This document shows, in pieces, positions 35,887 to 43,231 of a stretch of DNA of 49,743 bases; positions within the stretch are counted from its first letter, which is position 1, and each line of letters starts with the position of its first letter. The notes under the pieces were generated by a model that saw only the letters and a list, made by a program, of their open reading frames with translations, was not told the DNA's origin and ran no database searches. Made by a program: the position numbers and the translations under genes. This DNA is from a virus, in the IMG/VR virus record IMGVR_UViG_3300045988_138037; one strand, 5' to 3'.

Positions 35887-37278
35887 CTATACTAACATAT
35901 CAAGACCTAAAACTTTAAGTATATGCTCTGGTTGACTAACTATAAATGCACCCCATTGGAACGTTGGGTTCACTTCTTTTATAACATCTCTTTGCTCAAA
36001 TACCATTTTTCTAAACTCTGCATAATGTTGCTCTTCTACTAAAGCATATTTAACTTCTCCACCTTGTACAAAGTAAGGTAGTATTCCATTCATCTCTTCT
36101 GGTACATCTTGACCTACACAAGAGTATATTCTGAATACGAAGTTAGTAAGTTCTTTAGCTTGTTGTTGTTCTTCTTTTAATACTAATGAACGAACTTCCC
36201 TACTCTCTCTAGCACTAAACTTAACTAATGTATTATCTTCCATTATAGCTTGTCTAAATCTTTGAGTTGATTTGTTATTAGCAACTTTATTTAATCTAAC
36301 TCTATGCTCTAAATCTCTACATAACATTTCAAAGTTTTGATTAGGTATAGTACAAAGGTAAGTTAATCTAGTACATTCATATTCACCAAGTTGTATGTAT
36401 AAGTTCTTTAAAGTGTTCATTTGAGTGTTATCTAGTTTATTACCTTCATAGTAGTTAGTTATATAATCATATGTTTGTATGAAGTTGAACGCACTCTCTC
36501 TGTTGAACTTAACTTTTATAGTTTCTCTTAATGAACTCCAATTAAATGTATAGTATAACTTATCTTCTGGTCTGTACTCGAAATCTCTAACATCTATATT
36601 GAATTCAGATTTAAGAGTTTCGTGAGTTTCTATATATCTAGCAACATCTGCTATTCTTCTTACTTGTGAGTCTGTTGGTTCTTGTAATTCATAACTCATA
36701 GCCATTAAATCTTTATTGTGCTCGAACCACTCTCTTTTGTGTATATTATTCTTAACTTCTTCAACTATTAGAGCAAAATCACTTCTATGTTTTAATGTCT
36801 CTAATGCTTCTGATAACATTAATCTTTGGTTATAGAATGATATACCGCTTAAAACTTTTATTATTTCTGATGCTTGGTTAGCATTTAAGTTATTTATGAA
36901 CTCTATTTGTTTCGCATCTATGTCCATACCTACTCTATCTCTAAGACCTGCCATTATAGTTTCTGCTTGTCTTGTTGATACTTGTGCAGTAGTAGTGTTG
37001 TAATGTTTCTTACAAAGTTCTTTTAACTTATTACTGAAAGATTTAACTATTATCTTTTGTCTAAATGCTTCTGACTCGTTAAATACAAAATTTACCTCAT
37101 CATCTAACTTAACTTCTTTCATATTGTTTTTAAACTCATCTTCTTTTAAAGTAACTTCTAAGTTAAGTATTTGATTTACTATATTATTTTGTACTCTCTC
37201 GTTACCTCTTTCAAGTGCTTCCATATATTCTGCCTTTAAGTGTTGTAACATTTTTTCTAATTCTCTTCTGTTTCTCAT
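35887..37278 (-). CDS. Hypothetical early protein (463 aa)
   Basis: SD aaaggag; long ORF; no motif recognised. Confidence 0.6.
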   Translation of the reverse strand: MRNRRELEKMLQHLKAEYMEALERGNERVQNNIVNQILNLEVTLKEDEFKNNMKEVKLDDEVNFVFNESEAFRQKIIVKSFSNKLKELCKKHYNTTTAQVSTRQAETIMAGLRDRVGMDIDAKQIEFINNLNANQASEIIKVLSGISFYNQRLMLSEALETLKHRSDFALIVEEVKNNIHKREWFEHNKDLMAMSYELQEPTDSQVRRIADVARYIETHETLKSEFNIDVRDFEYRPEDKLYYTFNWSSLRETIKVKFNRESAFNFIQTYDYITNYYEGNKLDNTQMNTLKNLYIQLGEYECTRLTYLCTIPNQNFEMLCRDLEHRVRLNKVANNKSTQRFRQAIMEDNTLVKFSARESREVRSLVLKEEQQQAKELTNFVFRIYSCVGQDVPEEMNGILPYFVQGGEVKYALVEEQHYAEFRKMVFEQRDVIKEVNPTFQWGAFIVSQPEHILKVLGLDMLV

Positions 37279-37352
37279 TGTCTTTATTCTCCTTTAGTTT
37301 TGATATAGTTTGGTTTTGTAAATTGGAAAAATCTCTACTCCCCAGTAGTCCC

Positions 37353-37544
37353 CTAGTGTCTTTTCTTTAGTGTTTTAAGAATGTTTATAAACACTTGCTT
37401 TATACCACACTCTGGTATAGTTGTATTGTACTTTTCTAAATAGAAAGTTTTAAGCTCGACCCAAGCAGTCTCCTCATCGTGGTTAAGGTTAAAACTAACC
37501 TTTGCTCTTTCGTTTAGGTCTGATATGTTTAGTTGTTTTATCAT
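37353..37544 (-). CDS. Hypothetical small protein
   Basis: SD aaaggag; 63 aa. Confidence 0.5.
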   Translation of the reverse strand: MIKQLNISDLNERAKVSFNLNHDEETAWVELKTFYLEKYNTTIPECGIKQVFINILKTLKKRH

Positions 37545-37632
37545 TACGTCTAACTCCTTTATGTATGTATTATATATTTGTGTTTAATAACACAATGTCG
37601 CCCACATCATTAGATGTGAGCAAGATGTATCA

Positions 37633-37998
37633 TTAAGCAACTAATGTTTTTCTAGCAATGTTAAGTGTATATAATATGTTTGATAACTGCTTAGAGTTTA
37701 AAGTTTTTATGTAATCTTTTTGAGTATCACTCATCTCAACACCTGTTATATCTTTGTATGATTTGAATATACCTATTAATTGTTTAGCAGGTGCGAACTT
37801 AGCAACATCTGTTGCATCTTTACCACTCATTATTGCATATTTTATTCCGTTATCTACCTTATTTTTTAATTCTACCATTTTATTCATCTCTCCTTCTTGT
37901 ACTAATTCTAATTCTTTTACTGATGTGTTTTCCATAACCTCTTCTACCTCGTTTCTTATTTCTACTACTTTCTCCATATTTAATCCTTTTTTAGCCAT
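37633..37998 (-). CDS. Hypothetical early protein
   Basis: SD taggagg; 121 aa. Confidence 0.55.
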   Translation of the reverse strand: MAKKGLNMEKVVEIRNEVEEVMENTSVKELELVQEGEMNKMVELKNKVDNGIKYAIMSGKDATDVAKFAPAKQLIGIFKSYKDITGVEMSDTQKDYIKTLNSKQLSNILYTLNIARKTLVA

Positions 37999-38029
37999 TT
38001 TGACTACCTCCTATAATTTAATTAATAAT

Positions 38030-38081
38030 ATTTATACTTACAACACACACCCTTTAGGGTGTACTTCCCTAAAACGGTTTT
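38030..38081 (-). promoter_or_regulatory. Copy 1 of a conserved ~52-bp element (hairpin acaccc-ttta-gggtgt plus aaaac-g-gtttt) upstream of gene 37633..37998
   Basis: Near-identical to 39084..39134. Confidence 0.6.
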
Positions 38082-38463
38082 AATAAAAAATTCTTAACAC
38101 ATCACTAACTGTGAACTCACTCAAAGAGCTTCTTATATCGTCAAGTGGGTTAGCTCTTACGTAAGGTACATATTTATGACCGTTATCTCTTAGTTGTTGT
38201 ACACCTTCAAGAAGTGTAACTTCTTGGAACGTCTCGCAAACCTCTTGTATATCTACTTCATCAACTTCTTTTATATCAACGATGTTGTACTTATTTTCAA
38301 TGTATTCTCTATACTCTTCAAACTGTAATCTCTTGTTCTCTGCGTATATCTCTGCTTTAATTTTAGATAACTCAACTCTTTTTTTACTAACTTTTCTCTT
38401 TTCTAACTCGAACTTAACTAATTCTCCAACTAATAAAACTAAAACTATTAATAACATATTCAT
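38080..38463 (-). CDS. Hypothetical protein with an N-terminal TM helix
   Basis: MNMLLIVLVLLVGELV...; SD aaaggag. Confidence 0.5.
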   Translation of the reverse strand: MNMLLIVLVLLVGELVKFELEKRKVSKKRVELSKIKAEIYAENKRLQFEEYREYIENKYNIVDIKEVDEVDIQEVCETFQEVTLLEGVQQLRDNGHKYVPYVRANPLDDIRSSLSEFTVSDVLRIFY

Positions 38464-38490
38464 ATTCTCCTTTAAATTTAATATTTTGGT

Positions 38491-38516
38491 ATAAAATAAG
38501 AGGGCTTATAGCCCTC
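38491..38516 (-). terminator. Rho-independent terminator after gene 38522..39034
   Basis: Stem gagggct/agccctc with loop tat, followed by a T-rich run on the minus strand. Confidence 0.6.
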
Positions 38517-38521
38517 GTGTA

Positions 38522-39034
38522 TTACTTAACATCTCCTAAGTAGTAATAATGTCCAAATGAACCACTAGAGTAACTACCTTTACGTTTTAAATTATATTTA
38601 ATTTTAGGTAATAAACTTGAATTAGAGTTCATTAATGTATTTTCAACCTCTGATTTATTTAATTTCATAGCTTTTGAAACTATTTTTGAAAGTGCATCAA
38701 CATTTAGACAGAATTTTGATTCAAACACATAATCTTTACCAACTCTCTTTTTTAAGAATTCGTTTCTAGCACTTTCATTGTTATATATTTTTTTATAGTA
38801 AGTTAATACATTGTGTGCAACCTCATCAACTGTATTTTCTACAAATGTATAAACACCTTCTATAACTTTAACAACACCGTTTTTATTAACTCTAGGCTTT
38901 ATTACACCTGTATTTATAGCTTCTGTAAGTTGAGTTATTATTGATGAGTCATTAACACTATCAACACTAACTTTAACTTTATAATTCATAACTAATCCTA
39001 TAACCATTTCTTCAACTGTAAATAATTCATTCAT
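38522..39034 (-). CDS. Hypothetical early protein (first gene of the leftward unit)
   Basis: The ATG at 39034 follows SD taaggagg. The track start at 39067 has no SD. Confidence 0.55.
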   Translation of the reverse strand: MNELFTVEEMVIGLVMNYKVKVSVDSVNDSSIITQLTEAINTGVIKPRVNKNGVVKVIEGVYTFVENTVDEVAHNVLTYYKKIYNNESARNEFLKKRVGKDYVFESKFCLNVDALSKIVSKAMKLNKSEVENTLMNSNSSLLPKIKYNLKRKGSYSSGSFGHYYYLGDVK

Positions 39035-39083
39035 TTTAATTTCCTCCTTATGTACGTAACAACGCACTACTTAATTAATATAT

Positions 39084-39134
39084 ATTTATACTTGCAACAC
39101 ACACCCTTTAGGGTGTACTCCCCAAAACGGTTTT
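39084..39134 (-). promoter_or_regulatory. Copy 2 of the conserved ~52-bp hairpin element, upstream of gene 38522..39034
   Basis: atttatacttgcaacacacaccctttagggtgtactccccaaaacggtttt versus copy 1: 2 substitutions and a 1-nt indel. Confidence 0.6.
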
Positions 39135-39339
39135 CAAAACAATAAATACATTAGCCGATATACTTGTGATTAGAGTTAGAAAGATTTGATAATGTGTAAA
39201 TGCTTTGCGAAAATTAATTATAATTAATTTTCTAGGTTTGAACGTAGTGAAAACCTATAATAAGATACGTATTATAATGTTATAAAAGAAGTATATAAAA
39301 AGGAGTAGAATAACTCGTAAATTGATGTGAAATTTAACA

Positions 39340-40010
39340 TAATGTGTACGTGTGGTGTGTACTTGTAGTGAATGTGTATGTGAATGTGTAAATTCACTTG
39401 GTGAAGTGTGTTCTTGTGGTAGGTGGGAAATAGGGGGCGTAGCCCCAAACGTACTGCACATATGCGTGGGAGGTAGTTACGTATTACCTAACGTTGTGGA
39501 AGCGTTGTGTGAACTTCCTAGAGCGTGTGAGATACGTTGTGTCTACAAGTTGTGTATGTGCGTGGTGGACGGAGTTCAAAACGAACGAATGTGAGGCTTT
39601 GGGCGAAGTCATAAAGCGAAGCTCAACACGAGGACTACGTTGCTCGAGTGTTTGGGCGGAGCGTAACGGCGAAGCCGTGGACAAATCACTACACTAAATA
39701 CGGTAAATACGTTATTTATACGTGTCTCAAAACTCGATATCGAAAAGCCGAAGGCATACTTGAACAAACACGCCTTATCGTTTGTGAACGCCCTCTGCAA
39801 GAGCACACACACACTTGACCAATGTTATACCACCCCCAGGGTAACGGAAAACGACGCACCATATTTATGTGTGTATGTGTGTGTTGTGTGTGGGTGGTAG
39901 TGTGTCGAACGAAAACATACTCCTTTCCCAACGAGTTCCCAACAAGACCCCCCATACGAGAAAACAGGAGTCCCTCATCAGTATACATAGATAACGTGTA
40001 TATAGGTGTA
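39340..40010. ncRNA. ~670-nt GC-rich non-coding island; candidate large structured RNA (strand and class undetermined)
   Basis: Only short overlapping ORFs on both strands. Local hairpins ggggc-gta-gcccc, acggc-gaa-gccgt and gcc-gaa-ggc. Long-range complementarity taccaccc/gggtggta, and a CA-run against a GT-run. Confidence 0.35.
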
Positions 40011-40221
40011 TAAATGTGAAAAGCCCCCTACAAACGTAGAGAGCTTCTTTTTACTATTTGAAACATTCAAAAATCTAGAATTTATGTGTTGTATAAAAAT
40101 ATCGTATATATATTATAACACAAACGCCGAAAAAGTATGTAACAAAATAGTTACAAAATTGTAACTTTTTAAAAACGTAGTGTTTTCAACACTTTCACAA
40201 ATCAGAAGAAAATACAAGGGC

Positions 40222-40250
40222 TTGACAACAATTTTTTTATAAGTTACTAT
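40222..40250 (+). promoter_or_regulatory. Candidate sigma-70-type promoter for the rightward (late/structural) unit
   Basis: TTGACA, a 17-nt spacer, then TACTAT. Confidence 0.4.
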
Positions 40251-40424
40251 ATACGTATAAATACGTGTAGTAAACGTGTATGAAACGTTCTATAAACCTC
40301 CGTTGGAGGTTTAGTGATTTTCATTACATTCAAATCACACAAATATAAACATATAAATACGTATCTTCCTGTTACTTAAATCTTTGATTTGAGTAACTAA
40401 AACGAGTGAAACGAGTTTTATAGA

Positions 40425-40476
40425 ACGTATTAATAACGTATATAACACGTATATAAACGTGTATATAACGTATAAA
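40425..40476 (+). repeat. Array of five ACGT(G)TAT(ATAA) direct repeats at 10-12 bp spacing, just upstream of the first rightward ORF
   Basis: ACGT cores at 40425, 40436, 40447, 40457 and 40468. A similar array has cores at 40253, 40263, 40274 and 40285. Confidence 0.7.
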
Positions 40477-40487
40477 GGGGTGAAAGA

Positions 40488-40817
40488 GTGATACAATTAT
40501 ACTTAAATATATTTGGTTTAATAGTAGATTTAAACGTAGCAGTTCCTAAACGTAGAAAGCCGAAAAACGATAATATCAATATACAAGAAAAAGCAATTTT
40601 TTATGATGAGATAGAAGAAGAGGAAGTTAATTACGTTAAACCTACTGATATAGAACTTCAAGCTAAACGTTTTGAAGAAGAGTTAAATAATATGGGTATA
40701 TACGATATACCAAACGCATCAGATATACCGCCTACCTATGAAATTCAAGATGATGTCGAGATAATTACAAACGAATTTGAAAAAGAACAACAAGATATGA
40801 TAGAAAGAAGGAGATAG
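40488..40817 (+). CDS. Hypothetical acidic protein
   Basis: GTG start after SD aaagggg; 109 aa. Confidence 0.45.
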   Translation: MIQLYLNIFGLIVDLNVAVPKRRKPKNDNINIQEKAIFYDEIEEEEVNYVKPTDIELQAKRFEEELNNMGIYDIPNASDIPPTYEIQDDVEIITNEFEKEQQDMIERRR

Positions 40818-40818
40818 T

Positions 40819-40914
40819 ATGGAGAAGTTTTTAGACGTATTAATAATAGCTTCTTTACTTGCACCTTTTATAATAACAGATATCATATTAGAAAGGGAGA
40901 ATAAACGTGAGTAA
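40819..40914 (+). CDS. Possible 31-aa membrane peptide (not in the ORF track)
   Basis: SD gaaggag 6 nt upstream; MEKFLDVLIIASLLAPFIITDIILERENKRE. Confidence 0.3.
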   Translation: MEKFLDVLIIASLLAPFIITDIILERENKRE

Positions 40915-41326
40915 TGAAGTACAATTATTAGAACCTAAATTACAACGTTTTGTCCACCTATATTTAACAGGTCAATACAATCAAACTCAATTAGCACAAT
41001 TACTAGAAGTACATAAAAACACTATAAACTCTTGGTTAAAGCGTGAAGATGTAAACATCGCAATCAAAGAGTATCAAGCTATGGAACACGAAATGATCGA
41101 TGTTCAAATCAAAGCTATGCGTATGAAAGCAATAGAGAAGATGAACGAGTTAATGGACTCTCCTATTGATGGTATAGCGTTTCAAGCATGTAAAGATATA
41201 CTTGATAGAACAGGTCATAAAGCTAAGAATGAGATTAAGGTTGATAAAACTGTTAAAACTATCGAAATGCAATTAAGCGACTTAGCAGAAAATCTAATCA
41301 CAGATGTAGAGTTTACTGTTGAATAA
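40907..41326 (+). CDS. terS: Terminase small subunit
   Basis: LQRFVHLYLTG..NQTQLAQLLEVHKNTINSWLK HTH; lies immediately upstream of terL. Confidence 0.7.
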   Translation: MSNEVQLLEPKLQRFVHLYLTGQYNQTQLAQLLEVHKNTINSWLKREDVNIAIKEYQAMEHEMIDVQIKAMRMKAIEKMNELMDSPIDGIAFQACKDILDRTGHKAKNEIKVDKTVKTIEMQLSDLAENLITDVEFTVE

Positions 41327-43007
41327 AACACAGATACTTTTAAAGCGTATCAAAGAAGATAGACCGTTTTATATGGAGAACTTCTTAAAAATACGTAACA
41401 AAGAAGCTAAACTTATACCTTTTAAAATTAATGACGCACAAGAGATGTTTAATAACGAGATTAAAAAGTGTGAAGAAGAAGGTAAGTTAAAGCGATTTAT
41501 AGTCTTAAAAGCACGTCAAATGGGGTTTAGTACGTTTACAGAGGGTTATATATTCCACGATACAACTACTAATACCTTTAAAAACTCAATGATAATAGCA
41601 CACGAAGATAAAGCCACTCAAAACTTATTTAATATGTCAAAACTTTATTACGAAGAATTACCTACTGTAATAAAACCTATGATAAAGTATTCAAACGGTA
41701 AAGAACTTGTTTTTGAGAACCCAACAGGAGACCCTGTTGAGAAGAAGAATAACCCTGGGTTAAGAAGTAAAATAACTGTTGCTACAGCAGGTACAGTAGA
41801 AGTTGGTCGTTCTGCTACTGTGCATAACTTACACGCATCAGAAGTAGCTTTCTTCCCAGACGCAACTACAACAATGCTTGGACTTTTACAATGTGTTCCA
41901 GATACGTTAAATAGTTGTGTAATTCTTGAGTCTACTGCTAATGGTGTCGGAGGTTATTTCTACGATATGTGGCAAAAAGCAACTAGAGGAGAGAATGATT
42001 TTATACCATTATTTTATCCGTGGTTTACAGATAAGACATATACACGTCAATTCACATCAGATAATGAGAAAGAATACTTTGCAAGTACGTTAAATGAGTA
42101 CGAAAGAGTGTTAATGGAGACTAATAATCTAACGTTAGAGCAAATGAATTGGCGTAAATATACAATAGCAAATAAGTGTCAAGGAGACGTAGAGTTATTT
42201 ATGCAAGAATATCCTTCTACACCAGAGGAAGCATTTATAGCAAGTGGTAGACCTGTATTTAATACTGCATCTGTACGTAAATACCTTAATCACGCTAAAG
42301 AAGGAACTAGAGGATACCTTAAAGAGAAGGGTTCTACTGTCGAATTCCTACAAGATGATAAAGGTTACGTTGAAATATGGAAAACACCTATCCCTGGGGA
42401 GTTTTATGTAATAGGAGCAGACGTTGCAGAAGGTAAAATAGAGGGAGACTACTCTGTTGCACAAGTCCTTGATTGTAATTGCGATGTGGTTGCTAAGTGG
42501 TATGGTCATATAGACCCAGACTTATTTGGATTTGAGTTAGTTAAACTTGCAATATACTATAATGAAGCGTATTTAGGAGTAGAGTCAAATAACCACGGTT
42601 TAACAACGCTTAAAGCTATCCAAAGCTACGATTATTGGAATTTATATTTTGCTAAGATTTACGATAGATTTACAGATAGTATAACAAAGAAATTAGGTTG
42701 GCAAACAACGAGTAAAACTAAACCTATGGCGATAGATAAACTAGCAGAGTTTGTTAGAGATTTTCACGTAGGTATAAATGATAAAACAACTATTCAAGAG
42801 TTATTAACGTACATAATTGAAGAAAACGGAAGTACAAACGCTCAACAAGGATGCCACGATGACTGCGTAATGAGTCTTGCTATTGCTCTTCAAGTGTGGC
42901 TTGAGGGTAAGGGAGATAATTATGTACCAGAGGTTGTTGATGAGACTAAAAAAGAGGTCGTAGACCCGTTATTTGAAGATGAAGATGAATTGGAGGTATG
43001 TGAGTGA
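41319..43007 (+). CDS. terL: Terminase large subunit
   Basis: Walker-A-like VLKARQMGFSTF; the ATPase and nuclease halves have typical size; position before the portal gene. Confidence 0.85.
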   Translation: MNKTQILLKRIKEDRPFYMENFLKIRNKEAKLIPFKINDAQEMFNNEIKKCEEEGKLKRFIVLKARQMGFSTFTEGYIFHDTTTNTFKNSMIIAHEDKATQNLFNMSKLYYEELPTVIKPMIKYSNGKELVFENPTGDPVEKKNNPGLRSKITVATAGTVEVGRSATVHNLHASEVAFFPDATTTMLGLLQCVPDTLNSCVILESTANGVGGYFYDMWQKATRGENDFIPLFYPWFTDKTYTRQFTSDNEKEYFASTLNEYERVLMETNNLTLEQMNWRKYTIANKCQGDVELFMQEYPSTPEEAFIASGRPVFNTASVRKYLNHAKEGTRGYLKEKGSTVEFLQDDKGYVEIWKTPIPGEFYVIGADVAEGKIEGDYSVAQVLDCNCDVVAKWYGHIDPDLFGFELVKLAIYYNEAYLGVESNNHGLTTLKAIQSYDYWNLYFAKIYDRFTDSITKKLGWQTTSKTKPMAIDKLAEFVRDFHVGINDKTTIQELLTYIIEENGSTNAQQGCHDDCVMSLAIALQVWLEGKGDNYVPEVVDETKKEVVDPLFEDEDELEVCE

Positions 43008-43231
43008 TAGAACAAAGAAGTATGGCTATTTACAGTTTTAGTGAGGTTTTACAGTATTTAAAAATAGGACACAAGGCTAAAAGACACGATTGGGACGATA
43101 ATGTATCTATATCTTATGACGAATACATGGGAACAATTTATAAGACAGTTGGTAAAACAATTGCACCGTGGGAAGCACCACAAAAAGATTTATTAGCCGA
43201 AGATTGGTTGGTGATAAAGAATGTCGGATAA
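43004..43231 (+). CDS. DUF2829-family protein (the family that includes the Thoeris anti-defence protein Tad2)
   Basis: FSEVLQYLKIGHKAKRHDW ... APWEAPQKDLLAEDWLVI matches the DUF2829 N- and C-terminal signatures. GTG start with SD ggaggt. Confidence 0.55.
   Translation: MIEQRSMAIYSFSEVLQYLKIGHKAKRHDWDDNVSISYDEYMGTIYKTVGKTIAPWEAPQKDLLAEDWLVIKNVG

Noticed and set aside
39255-40013. Seven short ORFs (63-90 aa) on both strands in the GC-rich island, and likewise two at 35536..35751
   Set aside because: They overlap one another, lack SDs and have implausible Cys/Val/His/Thr-rich compositions. A scarcity of stops is expected from the local base composition. The regions are treated as non-coding RNA candidates instead.
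40425-40476. CRISPR-like or Racr-type repeat array
   Set aside because: The repeats are only about 10-12 bp and directly abutting, with no spacers. This fits protein-binding iterons, not a CRISPR array.
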